43,108 bases of DNA from Actinomycetota bacterium. Lineage in GTDB: Bacteria > Actinomycetota > Actinomycetes > S36-B12. Positions 8,208 through 19,269 of the stretch are shown piece by piece. The translations under genes and the position numbers were made by a program. The notes below the pieces were generated by a model. It ran no database searches, was not told where the DNA came from, and saw only the letters and a program-made list of their open reading frames with translations. The stretch is taken from contig JAPOJD010000003.1 in the NCBI GenBank assembly GCA_029978585.1, positions 1-43,108 on the forward strand. Direction: 5' to 3'. Position 1 is the first letter of the stretch; every line of letters starts with the position of its first letter.

Positions 8208-9794
8208 TCACACCCAGGTGGGCATCCACATGCGCAGTCGCCACAGGTCGTACGGGATCTGCTCGGCGGTCCACACCGGATAGAACCACCAGGCCGCGAC
8301 CACGGCGAGCAGCACGATCGCGCCGGCGCCGATGGCCCCCCATCGCCGTCGCTCCGGCGGCGCGTCGGCCGGCCCCAGGATGCTGCCGATGGTCAGCGTC
8401 AGCGCCATGACGGTGAACGGCACGAACACCACGGAATAGAAGGTGAAGATCGTGCGGTCCAGGTAGAGCATCCACGGCAGCCACCCCGCGGCGACGCCGA
8501 CGAGGACCGCCCCGGACCGCCAGTCGCGCCGCGCCGCCCAGCGCCACAATTGGTAGAGCAGGGCCGCGACGCCGATCCACCAGATGACCGGGTTCCCGAG
8601 GGCGGCGACCGCCGACGCGCAGGTGTTCGCATCGCATCCGTTGACGCCCTGCTCGACGCTGTTCCAGTAGAACGACGTCGGTCGCGTCTGGAACAGCCAG
8701 CTCAGCGGACTGGACTCGTAGGAATGGTCGGACTGCAGTCCGACATGGAAGTTCCAGGCCTCCGCGTGGTAGTGCCACAGGGATCGCAGGGCAGCGGGGA
8801 TCGGCGATTCGGGCTGGCTGTCGGCCCAGTCCCGGCCCCATCCACCCGCGGTGAGCAGCCACCCGGACCAGGTGAGCAGATAGGCCACGGCAGCGCTGCC
8901 CACCATGGCGACGAAGGCGATCGGCCCGCTGCGCAGGATCGTCGCCGTCCACGGCCGAGCCACGCCAAGCGAGCGCCTCAGCCCCACGTCCCAGACCACG
9001 GTCATGATCCCGAAGGCAGCGAGGTACCACAGCCCCGACCATTTCACCGCGCAGGCGAGGCCGAGCGCTATCCCGGCGGCCCAGCGCAGCGGTCGCGGGC
9101 CGAGAGCCGGCCCCCACTCACTCGGCGCGAGGGGTATCCGTCCGGCGAATCGTCGTCGCACCATGTCGCGGTCCCAGATGAGCAGGCCGAACGCGACCAG
9201 GACCATGAACGACAGGACCATGTCGAGAACCGCCGTGCGGCTCATCACCAGGTGCATGCCGTCGATGGCGAGCAACAGGCCGGCGACGACCCCGAGGAGA
9301 TCCGATCGGGTGAGCCGGCGCACGATCCGCGCAATGAGGAGAACAGCGAGGGTGCCCAGGACGGCCACGGAGAACCGCCAGCCGAACGGCGTCACGCCGA
9401 ACATCCACTCCCCTGCGGCGATGACCCACTTGCCGAAGGGGGGATGCACGACGAAGGAGGCATCCGGGCCGAACACGTCGATCGTGCGCCAGTTGCCGTC
9501 CGACGCCAGGATCAGGTCGTTGGCGTCCTCCACGAACTGCTGCTCGTACCCGAAGCGCAGGAGCGCGAGGGCATCCTTGGCGTAGTAGACCTCGTCGAAG
9601 GCGAAGGCGTTCGGGCGCCCGAGCTCGGTGAAGCGCAGGACGCCGCCCAGGGCGGCCACGGCGATCGGGCCGGCCCAGCCCCGCCAGCCGGACGACGGCA
9701 TGGGCGGGTAGAGCGCGGAGGCGGTGGACGCCTGGGCCGCGGGGGCGGGAGGCTCCTCCGCCTCGGTCGGCTCAGCCGTCGCCGTCGCCGCCAT
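8208..9794 (-). CDS. pmt: Protein O-mannosyltransferase (GT39, PMT)
   Basis: FDEVYY, VHPPFGKW, GWR, SRTAVLD, KWSG and HSYESSP motifs in a polytopic protein. Divergent from rsmI (Rv1002c/Rv1003 arrangement). Confidence 0.92.
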   Translation of the reverse strand: MAATATAEPTEAEEPPAPAAQASTASALYPPMPSSGWRGWAGPIAVAALGGVLRFTELGRPNAFAFDEVYYAKDALALLRFGYEQQFVEDANDLILASDGNWRTIDVFGPDASFVVHPPFGKWVIAAGEWMFGVTPFGWRFSVAVLGTLAVLLIARIVRRLTRSDLLGVVAGLLLAIDGMHLVMSRTAVLDMVLSFMVLVAFGLLIWDRDMVRRRFAGRIPLAPSEWGPALGPRPLRWAAGIALGLACAVKWSGLWYLAAFGIMTVVWDVGLRRSLGVARPWTATILRSGPIAFVAMVGSAAVAYLLTWSGWLLTAGGWGRDWADSQPESPIPAALRSLWHYHAEAWNFHVGLQSDHSYESSPLSWLFQTRPTSFYWNSVEQGVNGCDANTCASAVAALGNPVIWWIGVAALLYQLWRWAARRDWRSGAVLVGVAAGWLPWMLYLDRTIFTFYSVVFVPFTVMALTLTIGSILGPADAPPERRRWGAIGAGAIVLLAVVAAWWFYPVWTAEQIPYDLWRLRMWMPTWV

Positions 9795-9832
9795 CCGGAC
9801 ATCGTAGGCCGGGACCCTGCCAGGATGGGCCG

Positions 9833-10702
9833 ATGACCGGTCCCGGCCGGGTTATCCTCGCGGCCACGCCCCTGGGCAATCCCGCGGATGCCTCCCCTCG
9901 ACTCGCGGCCGCCCTTGCGTCTGCCGATGTGATCGCGGCCGAGGACACCCGCAAACTGCGTCGGCTCGCGCGGGACCTCGGTGCCACCCTGCGCGGCCGG
10001 GTGCTGTCGCTGCACGACAGCATCGAGGGGCGCCGGGCCACGCAACTGCTCGCCGATCTCACCGCGGGCTCCGACGTGCTCGTCGTGACCGATGCCGGCA
10101 TGCCCGCGGTGAGCGACCCGGGCTTCCGCATCGCGCGGGCGGCCATCGATGCGGGCATCCCGGTCACCGTCCTGCCGGGACCGAGCGCCGTGCTCGCGGC
10201 GCTCGTGGTCTCGGGGCTTCCCGTGGATCGGTTCTGCTTTGAGGGCTTCCTCCCGCGCCGCGGCGCCGAGCGTCGCCGCCGCCTCGATGACCTCGCGCGG
10301 GAGCCGCGCACCATGGTCTTCTTCGAGTCGCCGCATCGACTGCAGGCCGCGCTCACGGACATGGTGGCCGCCTTCGGGGAGGCGAGGCCTGCCGCTCTGT
10401 GCCGGGAGCTCACGAAGACCTACGAGGAGGTTCGCCGGGGGACGCTCCTCGAACTCGCCGCCGGGGCCGAGGGGGTCCGCGGCGAGATCACCCTGGTCGT
10501 CGGGGGCTTCGCGGGGACCGGTGACCGGGGGACTCCCGCGGAGTGGGCCCGCCGGGTCGCCGCACGGGTCGGGGAGGGCGAGGATCGGCGCTCGGCCATC
10601 ACCGGCGTCGCGGAGGAGTACGGCGTGCCGCGGCGATCCGTCTATGACGCCGTCGTGGCGTCCAAGCATGCGGACGACGAGAGCCCTGGCGAGCGAAAGT
10701 AG
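9833..10702 (+). CDS. rsmI: 16S rRNA (cytidine1402-2'-O)-methyltransferase
   Basis: ATPLGN, AAEDTR, TDAGMPAVSDPG, FEGFLPR, FESPHRL and RELTKTYEE motifs. Confidence 0.95.
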   Translation: MTGPGRVILAATPLGNPADASPRLAAALASADVIAAEDTRKLRRLARDLGATLRGRVLSLHDSIEGRRATQLLADLTAGSDVLVVTDAGMPAVSDPGFRIARAAIDAGIPVTVLPGPSAVLAALVVSGLPVDRFCFEGFLPRRGAERRRRLDDLAREPRTMVFFESPHRLQAALTDMVAAFGEARPAALCRELTKTYEEVRRGTLLELAAGAEGVRGEITLVVGGFAGTGDRGTPAEWARRVAARVGEGEDRRSAITGVAEEYGVPRRSVYDAVVASKHADDESPGERK

Positions 10703-10713
10703 GATCGAGCGCC

Positions 10714-12297
10714 ATGGCCGACTTCTACGTCACGACGCCGATCTACTACGTCAACGACGCCCCCCACATCGGCCACGCCTACACGACCACGGCCGGTGAT
10801 GTGCTCACGCGCTGGCATCGCCAGCGCGGCGAGTCCGTGTGGTACCTCACCGGCGTCGACGAGCACGGCACGAAGGTGCAGCGGGCGGCGGAGAACGGCG
10901 GCGTCGAGCCCCAGCAGTGGGTGGATCGGCTTGTCGAGGACGCGTGGAAGCCGGTGCTCGGCACCATCGACGTCGCCAACGACGACTTCATCCGCACCAC
11001 CGAGCCGCGTCACCAGGAGCGCGTGGGCCGGTTCTGGGAGGCCGTGCGGGACAACGGCTACGTATACGAGGCCGACTACGAGGGCCCCTACTGCGTGGGC
11101 TGCGAGGAGTTCAAGCTCCCCGGGGACCTGGTCGAGGAGGAGGGGGGCGGGCCGCCCCTGTGCCCGGTGCACGGACGTCCGGTCGAGATGCTCCGCGAGA
11201 AGAACTGGTTCTTCCGGCTCTCCGCGTTCACGGACAGGCTCATCGAGCACTACGAGCGGAATCCCGATGCCATCCAGCCCGCCAGCGCCTACAACGAGGT
11301 CATGAGCTTCCTGCGCGGTGGGCTCGTGGACATCTCCATGTCGCGATCGAGTGTCGCGTGGGGCATCGGCCTGCCCTGGGATGAGCAGCAGGTCGTGTAC
11401 GTCTGGTTCGACGCGCTCCTCAACTACGTCACCGCCATCGGCTACGGCGCCGATCCCGAGTCCGACGAGGGACGGTTCTTCGCGGATACCTGGCCGGCCG
11501 ACGTCCAGCTGGTCGGCAAGGACATCCTGCGCTTTCACGCGGTGTACTGGCCGGCGATGCTGATGGCGGCGGGCCTGGACCTCCCGCGCTGCGTGTTCGC
11601 CCACGGATGGCTCCTGGTCGGCGGCGAGAAGATGAGCAAGACCCGGCTCACCGGCATCGCTCCCGAGCAGATCACCGACCACTTCGGATCGGATGCCTTC
11701 CGCTACTACTTCATGCGCGCCATCCAGTTCGGGCAGGACGGATCCTTCTCCTGGGAGGACATGTCCGCGCGCTACACCGCCGAGCTTGCCAACGGCCTGG
11801 GCAACCTGGCTTCGCGCGCCACCGCCATGGTGCAGCGCTACCGCGACGGGATCCTGCCGGCCGCCGGTCCGCAGACCGAGGACGAGACCCGGCTCGAGGA
11901 CCTGCTCCTCGAGGTCGCGAGCGCTGCGGATGCCGCGGTCGAGCGGCTGGACTTCGCCGGGGCGATCGGCCACGTCCGCCGGTTCATCGATGCAGTGAAC
12001 CTCTACGTGACCGAGCAGGAGCCGTGGGTGCTGGCCAAGGATCCCGCGCAGGCGGGGCGACTCGACGCCGTGCTCTACGCGGTCTGCGAGTCGCTGCGGG
12101 CGATCGCGGTCCTCTACAACCCGGTCATGCCGCGTGCCATGTCCTCGCTGTGGGAGCAACTGGGCGCCGAATCCGCCCTGGGCCCGCTCGCGGCGCAGCG
12201 GATCGGCGATGTGGCGCGCTGGGGGCAATTGCCGCCCGGGACCGCGGTGTCCAAGGGCGCGATCCTGTTCCCGCGTCTCGAGGAGCCCGCCGAGTGA
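10714..12297 (+). CDS. metG: Methionine--tRNA ligase (short form, no C-terminal tRNA-binding domain)
   Basis: YYVNDAPHIGH, CVGC...CPVH knuckle, YVWFDALLNY, GKDILRFH and KMSKT motifs. Confidence 0.96.
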   Translation: MADFYVTTPIYYVNDAPHIGHAYTTTAGDVLTRWHRQRGESVWYLTGVDEHGTKVQRAAENGGVEPQQWVDRLVEDAWKPVLGTIDVANDDFIRTTEPRHQERVGRFWEAVRDNGYVYEADYEGPYCVGCEEFKLPGDLVEEEGGGPPLCPVHGRPVEMLREKNWFFRLSAFTDRLIEHYERNPDAIQPASAYNEVMSFLRGGLVDISMSRSSVAWGIGLPWDEQQVVYVWFDALLNYVTAIGYGADPESDEGRFFADTWPADVQLVGKDILRFHAVYWPAMLMAAGLDLPRCVFAHGWLLVGGEKMSKTRLTGIAPEQITDHFGSDAFRYYFMRAIQFGQDGSFSWEDMSARYTAELANGLGNLASRATAMVQRYRDGILPAAGPQTEDETRLEDLLLEVASAADAAVERLDFAGAIGHVRRFIDAVNLYVTEQEPWVLAKDPAQAGRLDAVLYAVCESLRAIAVLYNPVMPRAMSSLWEQLGAESALGPLAAQRIGDVARWGQLPPGTAVSKGAILFPRLEEPAE

Positions 12298-13139
12298 GGG
12301 AGCGCCCGCCGGTCGCCGACCCGCTGCCGCGCCCGGTGGTGGACTCGCACTGCCACCTCGATGTCGTGGACCGTCATCTAGGCGAGGGGCCCGGCCCGGA
12401 CGACGCTCTTGCCCTGGCACGCGAGGCCGGAATCACGCGGGTGGTCCAGGTGGGCTGCGACGTCGCGTCCTCGCAGTGGGCGGCGGACTTCGCCGGCGCG
12501 CGCCCGGACGTGCTGGCCGCCGTGGCGCTGCACCCCAACGACGCCCCGCGCATCCTGGAGCGCGAGGGCAGGAGCGGCCTCGAGGCCGCCTATGACGCCA
12601 TCGAGGCACTGGCCGCGATGCCGAGGGTGCGTGCGATCGGGGAGACCGGGCTGGACTACTACAGGACGCGCAGTGATGACGCCCAGGCGGTGCAGCACGA
12701 GTCGTTCCGCCGCCATATCGACATCGCCAAGCGGAACGACCGCACCCTGGTGATCCACGACCGCGATGCCCACGCCGACATCCTGCGGATCCTGGACGAG
12801 GAGGGTGCTCCGGACCGCGTGGTCTTCCACTGCTTCTCCGGTGACGCAGAGATGGCGCAGCACTGCGCCGACCGGGGGTGGCTCTGCTCCTTCGCCGGCG
12901 TCGTGACCTACAAGAACGCCGACGGGCTGCGCGAGGCCCTGCGCGGCCTGCCGCGCGAGGCGATCCTCGTGGAGACCGATGCGCCGTACCTCACGCCGGT
13001 CCCGCACCGGGGGGCCGTGAACGCGTCCTACCTCGTCCCCCTCACGGTGCGGGCCATGGCGGACGTCCGCTCTCAGTCGCTCGAGCAACTCTGCGACGAC
13101 CTGTGGTCGAACTCCGAGCGCGCCTTCGGGCCGCTCTAG
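12294..13139 (+). CDS. tatD: TatD family nuclease
   Basis: [30 protein letters not shown] and ETDAPYLTP motifs. GTGA overlap with metG. Confidence 0.93.
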   Translation: MRERPPVADPLPRPVVDSHCHLDVVDRHLGEGPGPDDALALAREAGITRVVQVGCDVASSQWAADFAGARPDVLAAVALHPNDAPRILEREGRSGLEAAYDAIEALAAMPRVRAIGETGLDYYRTRSDDAQAVQHESFRRHIDIAKRNDRTLVIHDRDAHADILRILDEEGAPDRVVFHCFSGDAEMAQHCADRGWLCSFAGVVTYKNADGLREALRGLPREAILVETDAPYLTPVPHRGAVNASYLVPLTVRAMADVRSQSLEQLCDDLWSNSERAFGPL

Positions 13140-13143
13140 GGCC

Positions 13144-13986
13144 ATGCCGGACGGACTCCTCGGCGCCGCGGATGCGCGAGCCATTGCCGAGCAGCGCGGC
13201 ATCAGGCCGACGAAGCAACTCGGCCAGAACTTCGTCGTCGACGCGAACACGGTGCGGCGGATCGTCCGGCTGGCCGACGTCGGTCCCGGCGACGTCGTTC
13301 TCGAGGTCGGCCCGGGGCTGGGCAGCCTCACCCTGGGGCTGCTCGCCTCGGGGGCCGAGGTGGTCGCGATCGAAGTGGACCCGGCCCTCGCAAAGGCGCT
13401 CCCCGACACCGTGGGGCGCCTGCGCCCCGAGGACGCCGCGCGCCTCACCGTGATCACGGGAGACGCCATGCGGGTCACCCGCCTTCCGGCCGAGCCCGCT
13501 GCGCTCGTGGCCAATCTGCCGTACAACGTCGCGGTGCCGATCGTCCTCCACCTGCTCGAGGCATTCCCGAGCCTCGACCGGGGGCTGGTGATGGTGCAGG
13601 CCGAGGTGGCGGACCGGCTCGTCGCGCCGCCGGGATCGCGGACCTACGGCGTCCCCTCGGCCAAGTTCGCGTGGTTCGCCCGCGGAGCTCGGACTGGGTC
13701 CGTGCCGGCATCGGTGTTCTGGCCGGTGCCCCGCGTGGAGTCCCAGCTGGTCTCCTTCGAGCGCCAGGCGGCACCGGAGACGTCCGCGACCCGCGAGCAG
13801 GTCTTCGCCTGCATCGATGCCGCGTTCGCGCAGCGGCGCAAGACGCTGAGATCGGCGCTCTCCGGATGGGCCGGCTCGCCGCAGCAGGCCGAGCGCGTCC
13901 TGCGCGAGGCCGGGATCGATCCGTCCGCGCGCGGGGAGTCGCTCTCCGTGACCGAGTTCGCGCGCATCGCGGCGGCGAGGCCGTGA
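13144..13986 (+). CDS. rsmA: 16S rRNA adenine dimethyltransferase KsgA
   Basis: [29 protein letters not shown] and [10 protein letters not shown] motifs. Confidence 0.96.
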   Translation: MPDGLLGAADARAIAEQRGIRPTKQLGQNFVVDANTVRRIVRLADVGPGDVVLEVGPGLGSLTLGLLASGAEVVAIEVDPALAKALPDTVGRLRPEDAARLTVITGDAMRVTRLPAEPAALVANLPYNVAVPIVLHLLEAFPSLDRGLVMVQAEVADRLVAPPGSRTYGVPSAKFAWFARGARTGSVPASVFWPVPRVESQLVSFERQAAPETSATREQVFACIDAAFAQRRKTLRSALSGWAGSPQQAERVLREAGIDPSARGESLSVTEFARIAAARP

Positions 13987-14897
13987 TGACGGGGCCGATC
14001 CGGGTGCGCGCCCCGGGCAAGGTCAACCTCGCGCTGTCGGTCGGGCCGCTGCGGGCGGACGGCTACCACGACCTGGCGACCGTATTCCACGCCGTCTCGC
14101 TGTATGACGAGATCGAGGTTGCCGAAGGCGCCGGCCTGCAGGTGATGGTCTCGGGCGAGGGGGCGGATCTCGTCGAGCCTGGACCCGCGAACCTCGCGCA
14201 TCGTGCGCTGGCACTGCTGGCCGAGCGAGCCGGGATCCGGCCGGACGTCCACGCGACCTTGGTCAAGGCGATCCCGGTGGCAGCGGGCATGGCAGGGGGC
14301 AGTGCCGATGCTGCGGCGGCCCTCGCGGCGGGTGCGGCGCTGTGGCGGACTCGGGCCGAGATCGACCTGACGTCGCTGGCGGCGGACCTCGGGTCCGATG
14401 TCCCCTTCGCGCTGCGCGGCGGCACGGCCGTGGGAACCGGACGTGGGGAGCGACTCACCCCGGTGCTGTGCCGCGGGGAGTTCCACTGGGTGCTCGCGCT
14501 CAGCCGTACGACACTGTCCACCCCGGCCGTGTACGCCGAACTCGATCGCCTTCGGGGGGATCGCGGCGAGGAACCACCGCCGCCCGTCGTACCGGACGAC
14601 CTCATGCAGGCCCTGCGCGACGGCGACGCCCGGGCTCTGGGGCGGGCGCTGAGCAATGACCTTCAGGAGGCGGCCATCTCGCTGCGCCCGGAGCTGTCGC
14701 GCGTGCTCGAGGCCGGTACCGACCTGGGTGCGCTCGGGGCGCTGGTGTCAGGCAGCGGCCCCACGTGCGCCTTCCTGGCGCGCGATGCCGATCACGCCCT
14801 CGACATCGCCGCCGCGCTCACCTCGACACCCGAGATCCGCTCGGTGAGATGCGCGCGCGGACCCGTGCCCGGGGCGCGGGTCGTGACCTCGGGCTAG
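13986..14897 (+). CDS. ispE: 4-diphosphocytidyl-2-C-methyl-D-erythritol kinase
   Basis: APGKVNLAL, DGYHDL, KAIPVAAGMAGGSADAAA, LGSDVPF and VSGSGPT motifs. GTG at 13983 is an alternative start. Confidence 0.95.
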   Translation: MTGPIRVRAPGKVNLALSVGPLRADGYHDLATVFHAVSLYDEIEVAEGAGLQVMVSGEGADLVEPGPANLAHRALALLAERAGIRPDVHATLVKAIPVAAGMAGGSADAAAALAAGAALWRTRAEIDLTSLAADLGSDVPFALRGGTAVGTGRGERLTPVLCRGEFHWVLALSRTTLSTPAVYAELDRLRGDRGEEPPPPVVPDDLMQALRDGDARALGRALSNDLQEAAISLRPELSRVLEAGTDLGALGALVSGSGPTCAFLARDADHALDIAAALTSTPEIRSVRCARGPVPGARVVTSG

Positions 14898-15502
14898 GTG
14901 GTCCCGCGGGTCACCGCGGACGGGCTGGTATCGAGGTGCGACAGCCCGTTCCAGGAGAGGTTCACCAGGTGTGCCACCACCTCCTCCTTGCGGGGCTTGC
15001 GCACGTCGAGCCACCACTGGCCGGTGAGGGCGGTCATGCCGACGAGCATGCGCGAGTACATCGGCGCGAGTCGCGTCGGAAGTCCGTGGGCCCGGAACTG
15101 CTCGGCGAGCAGGTGCTCGACCTGCCCGGCGATGTCGACGATGAGGCTGGCGAACGACCCGGTCTGCTGGGACACGGGCGAGTCGCGCACGAGGATGCGG
15201 AAGCCATCGGAGTGCTCGTCGATGTAATCGAAGAGCGCCATGCCGGCCTCCTCGAGCAGGCGTCGCGGATGGCTGCCGCGAAGTGCGTCGCTCATCATCG
15301 TCAGGAGTCTCGTCATCTCCCGATCGACGACGACCGCGTACAGGCCCTCCTTGCCCCCGAAGTGCTCGTACACGACCGGCTTGGAGACGCCCGCCTTTGC
15401 GGCGATCTCCTCCACGCTCACTGCCTCGAACCCCTTCTCGGCGAAGAGGGTGCGGCCGATGTCGACGAGTTGCTCGCGCCGCTCGCGGCCGGACATGCGC
15501 AT
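14894..15502 (-). CDS. TetR/AcrR family transcriptional regulator (Rv1019-like)
   Basis: RMSGRERREQL...FAEKGF...SVEEIAAKAGVSKPVVYEHFGGKEGLY helix-turn-helix. Confidence 0.92.
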   Translation of the reverse strand: MRMSGRERREQLVDIGRTLFAEKGFEAVSVEEIAAKAGVSKPVVYEHFGGKEGLYAVVVDREMTRLLTMMSDALRGSHPRRLLEEAGMALFDYIDEHSDGFRILVRDSPVSQQTGSFASLIVDIAGQVEHLLAEQFRAHGLPTRLAPMYSRMLVGMTALTGQWWLDVRKPRKEEVVAHLVNLSWNGLSHLDTSPSAVTRGTT

Positions 15503-15509
15503 GGCGCGA

Positions 15510-16541
15510 CTACGCGACCGCTGAGTCGTCCCGCGATACCGGCTCGGCCGTTCGCCCGGCGCCGGTTGCGGGCAGGTCGGGGTGCCAGCCGCGGATGCGG
15601 TGGCGCAGGGCGGGGTCCTGCAGCTTCGCTGCCAGGCGCGCAGGGTTCGGCCATCGCACGTCGTGCGCCAGGTGCAGTCGCTCCATCCCCTTGATGATCG
15701 CCGCGCTGACGTCGACCTGCCCCTTGAGTACGCCGTGCCGCGCGGCGGTGGGCTCGGCATGGTGCAGGTTGTGCCAGGACTCGCCGAGGGAGGGCAGTGC
15801 CAGCCAGGCGTTGTTCGTCGAGCGGTCGCGCGTCGTGAAGGGGCGGTTGCCGAAGACGTGGCAGATCGAGTTGATGGACCACGTGACGTGGTGCACGAGC
15901 GCGATCCGGATGAGGCTCGCCCAGAAGAGCGCGGTAAGGGCCCCCACCCACGACCAGGTGATGAGTCCGCCGAGCACCGCGGGCAGCAGGATGCTCACCA
16001 CGACCACCCACTGGAAATTCCGCGAGATCCGGTTGAGCATCGGATCGGCCACGATGTCGGGGGCGTAGCGCTCGATGGAGCTCTGCTGGCCGTCGAAGAG
16101 CCAGCCGACATGAGCGAAGAGCAGCCCCTTGGCCACGGCCTTGTGCGATGTGCCGTACCTCCATGGGCTGTGCGGATCGCCCTCCTCATCGCTGCGCGCG
16201 TGATGGCGCCGGTGATCGGCCACCCACTGAGTGAGGGAGCCCTCGATGGCCATGCTGCCGGCGAGGGCCAGGAATCCCGACACCCAGCGCGGGGACTTGA
16301 AGGATCCGTGCGTGAAGTGGCGGTGGTAGCCGATGGTGATGCCGATCGCGGCAATGAAGGCGAAGACGAGCGCGAGGATGATGTCAGTCCATCCCAGCCA
16401 GCCGCCCCAGGCAACGGGGATGGCCAGGGCCACCGCGAGGAGGGGAACCGCCACGAACAGCCCGATGGTCACCTTCATCCCGCGGGCCATCGGCTCGGTC
16501 ACGATGCCGGGCACAGGCGGTGCGGCGGGCGTAGCGGTCAC
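15510..16541 (-). CDS. Acyl-CoA (delta-9 type) fatty acid desaturase
   Basis: His boxes HRHFTH, HRRHH and HNLHH, plus DPHSP and membrane segments. GGAGG RBS upstream of the GTG. Confidence 0.93.
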   Translation of the reverse strand: MTATPAAPPVPGIVTEPMARGMKVTIGLFVAVPLLAVALAIPVAWGGWLGWTDIILALVFAFIAAIGITIGYHRHFTHGSFKSPRWVSGFLALAGSMAIEGSLTQWVADHRRHHARSDEEGDPHSPWRYGTSHKAVAKGLLFAHVGWLFDGQQSSIERYAPDIVADPMLNRISRNFQWVVVVSILLPAVLGGLITWSWVGALTALFWASLIRIALVHHVTWSINSICHVFGNRPFTTRDRSTNNAWLALPSLGESWHNLHHAEPTAARHGVLKGQVDVSAAIIKGMERLHLAHDVRWPNPARLAAKLQDPALRHRIRGWHPDLPATGAGRTAEPVSRDDSAVA

Positions 16542-16572
16542 GGGACCTCCCCTAGAACGGTCGGCGGATCCG

Positions 16573-16606
16573 ACCTACGACACCGTAACCTACGCCTCCG
16601 TAACCT
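16573..16606. promoter_or_regulatory. Tandem 15-bp repeats, each holding a TACG-N4-CGTA palindrome (candidate operator for desaturase-tetR)
   Basis: ACCTACGACACCGTA (16573-16587), ACCTACGCCTCCGTA (16588-16602) and ACCT, about 30-65 bp upstream of the desaturase start. Confidence 0.65.
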
Positions 16607-16648
16607 GTCGAGCCCGGGGGCACCTGTCAGACTCATCCCCGCGTTCGG

Positions 16649-16719
16649 TCCCGGCTCGTCCAATGGCAGGACAAGAGACTTTGGATCTCTGAATGGGGGT
16701 TCGACTCCCTCGCCGGGAG
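16649..16719 (+). tRNA. tRNA-Gln(TTG)
   Basis: TCCCGGC...GCCGGGA acceptor stem, AGAGA-CT-TTG-GA-TCTCT anticodon arm and TTCGACT T-loop. Conserved position before glmU. Confidence 0.95.
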
Positions 16720-16802
16720 CTCCCGCGCCGACCCGTGTCCGGTGCGGCGTCCAGGGGGTAGTGTGCGCCTCACCCCTCCTGCGTCCGAAAGGTCCGTGCC
16801 CG

Positions 16803-18269
16803 GTGACAGAGGCCCCGATCGTCATCGTCCTCGCGGCGGGAGAGGGCACGCGGATGCGCTCGTCCGTGCCCAAGGTGATGCACGCGGTTGCGGGTCGCAG
16901 CCTGGTCGGGCACGTCATCGAGGCGGCGGCCGCGGTCGAGCCCGCGCATGTTGTCGTGGTCGTGGGACACGGCAGGGACCTGGTGATCGAGCATCTCGAG
17001 GAGATCGCACCCTGGGTTGACACAGTGGTCCAGGCGGAGCAGCGCGGCACGGGCAACGCGGTCCGCGTCGCCGTCGATGCTCTCGATGCGCAGGGCATGC
17101 TGGGAGACGGCCCGGTCATCGTCCTGTCCGGCGACACGCCGCTGCTCACCGGAGAGACCGTGCGCGCGCTGTTGAGCAAGCAGCAGGACTCGGGGGCCTC
17201 GGCGACCGTCCTCACCGCGGATCTGGAGGACCCTGCAGGCTACGGGCGCGTCGTACGCGATGCCGGAGGCCTGGTCTCGGCCATCGTCGAGCATCGGGAT
17301 GCCGACGAGGAGACCCTGCGCATCCGCGAGATCAATGCCGGGATGTACGCCTTCGACCCGAAGGCCCTGGTGCCGGCGCTCGGCGGCCTGTCGACCGCCA
17401 ACGCGCAGGGGGAGGAGTACCTCACGGATGTCATCGGCCTGCTGAGCGAGCAGGGATCCCCGGTGGCAGCGCTCAAGGTGCCGGATTCCGACGAGATCCT
17501 CGGCGTGAACGACCGCGTCCAGCTCTCCGCGGCCGCATCCCTCATGCGCGACCGGATCAATCGGCGCTGGATGCTGGAGGGCGTGTCGATGCTCGAGCCG
17601 GAATCGGTGTGGATCGACGTCGACGTCGACCTGTCCCGCGATGTCACCATCCTTCCCCAGACCGCCCTGCGCGGGCCGACCGCTGTCGCCTCAGGAGCGC
17701 GCATCGGGCCCGGGGTCACCATGGTGTCGTGCGAGGTCGGCGAGGGCGCGACGGTGACGCACGCCTGGTGCGAACTGGCGGTGATCGGCTCGGGGGCCTC
17801 GGTGGGTCCCTACACGTACCTCCGTCCGGGCACGAGCATCGGGAATGGCGCCAAGGCCGGGGCGTTCGTCGAGATGAAGAACGCGGAATTGGGGGAGCGG
17901 GCCAAGGTCCCGCACCTGTCCTATGTCGGTGATGCCGTCATCGGCGACGGCTCGAATATCGGTGCGGCCACGATCTTCGTCAACTACGACGGCGCGGAGA
18001 AGCATGCGACCGTGGTGGGCCGTGAAGCCCGCATCGGCAGCGACACGATGCTCGTTGCCCCGGTCAGTGTCGGGGACGGGGCCTACACCGCGGCAGGATC
18101 GGTCATCACCGATGATGTCCCCCCGGGGGCGATGGCGGTCGGCCGCGCCCGCCAGCGCACGATCGAGGGGTGGGTCGAGAGGCGCAGGGCAGGGACGGCC
18201 GCGGCGGAGGCGGCTCGAGCGGCCCGTTCAGGGCAGGATGCACAGGACGCGACGGAGGAGGCCCCGTGA
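16803..18269 (+). CDS. glmU: Bifunctional UDP-GlcNAc pyrophosphorylase / glucosamine-1-phosphate acetyltransferase
   Basis: [45 protein letters not shown] and hexapeptide repeats. Confidence 0.96.
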   Translation: MTEAPIVIVLAAGEGTRMRSSVPKVMHAVAGRSLVGHVIEAAAAVEPAHVVVVVGHGRDLVIEHLEEIAPWVDTVVQAEQRGTGNAVRVAVDALDAQGMLGDGPVIVLSGDTPLLTGETVRALLSKQQDSGASATVLTADLEDPAGYGRVVRDAGGLVSAIVEHRDADEETLRIREINAGMYAFDPKALVPALGGLSTANAQGEEYLTDVIGLLSEQGSPVAALKVPDSDEILGVNDRVQLSAAASLMRDRINRRWMLEGVSMLEPESVWIDVDVDLSRDVTILPQTALRGPTAVASGARIGPGVTMVSCEVGEGATVTHAWCELAVIGSGASVGPYTYLRPGTSIGNGAKAGAFVEMKNAELGERAKVPHLSYVGDAVIGDGSNIGAATIFVNYDGAEKHATVVGREARIGSDTMLVAPVSVGDGAYTAAGSVITDDVPPGAMAVGRARQRTIEGWVERRRAGTAAAEAARAARSGQDAQDATEEAP

Positions 18270-19261
18270 GCCAGCTGACGTTCCCCCCCAACAAGCGACT
18301 CGTGCTGCTGTCGGGGCGCTCGCATCCCGCGCTGGGCCAGGAGGTCGCCGATCACCTCGGCGTGGAGTTGTGCCCGGTGTCGGCGTACGACTTCGCCAAC
18401 GGTGAGATCTTCGTTCGCTTCGAGGAGTCGGTGCGGGGCTGCGACGCCTTCGTGATCCAGAGCCACACCGCGCCGATCAACACCTGGATCATGGAGCAGC
18501 TGATCATGGTGGATGCCCTGAAGAGGGCCAGCGCCAAGCGGATCACCGTGATCGCGCCCTTCTACGGCTATGCCCGCCAGGACAAGAAGCCCCGCGGTCG
18601 CGAGCCGATCTCCGCAAGGCTCATGGCGGACCTGTTCGTCACTGCCGGGGCGGACCGTCTGATCACGGTCGACCTGCACACGTCTCAGATCCAGGGCTTC
18701 TTCGACGGCCCGGTGGACCACCTCTTCGCCCTGCCGCTGCTTGCCGCTCATGTGTCCGAGCGCGTGGACCGCTCGCAGATCACCGTGGTGTCCCCGGATG
18801 CGGGCCGGGTCCGCGTCGCGGAGAAGTGGACCGATGTCCTCGGCGCGCCACTCGCGATCATCCACAAGCGGCGTGATCCGCTGCTGCCCAATCAGGTGCG
18901 CGTGCTGGAGGTCGTCGGCGACGTGAAGGACAGGGTGTGCGTGCTGGTGGACGACATGATCGACACGGGCGGGACTGTCGTGAAGGCCGCGGAGACGCTC
19001 TTCGATAACGGCGCGGCGGACGTCATCGTTGCCGCGACCCACGGCATTCTCAGCGCACCTGCGGCACAGCGGCTGCACGAGTCGCGGATCAGCGAGGTCG
19101 TGGTCACCAACACGCTCCCCATCCCGCCCGAGCACACGTTCGAGAAGCTCACGGTGCTGTCCATCGCGCCGCTGCTCGCCAAGGCGATCTACGAGGTCTT
19201 CACCGACGGCTCGGTTACGAGCATGTTCGAGCTCGCGGAGCACGTGACGGCGGCCCCCTAG
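18266..19261 (+). CDS. prs: Ribose-phosphate diphosphokinase
   Basis: [29 protein letters not shown] and [10 protein letters not shown] motifs. Confidence 0.97.
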   Translation: MSQLTFPPNKRLVLLSGRSHPALGQEVADHLGVELCPVSAYDFANGEIFVRFEESVRGCDAFVIQSHTAPINTWIMEQLIMVDALKRASAKRITVIAPFYGYARQDKKPRGREPISARLMADLFVTAGADRLITVDLHTSQIQGFFDGPVDHLFALPLLAAHVSERVDRSQITVVSPDAGRVRVAEKWTDVLGAPLAIIHKRRDPLLPNQVRVLEVVGDVKDRVCVLVDDMIDTGGTVVKAAETLFDNGAADVIVAATHGILSAPAAQRLHESRISEVVVTNTLPIPPEHTFEKLTVLSIAPLLAKAIYEVFTDGSVTSMFELAEHVTAAP

Positions 19262-19269
19262 CCCTCGGG

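Noticed and set aside
11628-11645. KMSKT instead of KMSKS in MetRS
   Set aside because: A conservative variant that keeps the catalytic lysine; not evidence of altered function.
10642-12420. Long antisense or alternate-frame ORFs (e.g. 592 aa opposite metG, 638 aa at 39649-41565, 460 aa opposite mfd)
   Set aside because: Expected shadow ORFs in high-GC DNA; Arg/Pro/Gly-rich, with no motifs, and overlapping well-supported genes.
15582-18269. Apparent 895-aa GlmU fusion, and similar extensions of moeA, tatD, mfd, the SurA-like gene, cbs and the amidase
   Set aside because: These are ORF-caller extensions through stop-poor upstream frames; the GlmU one crosses the desaturase antisense strand and tRNA-Gln. 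True starts lie at the conserved N-termini.
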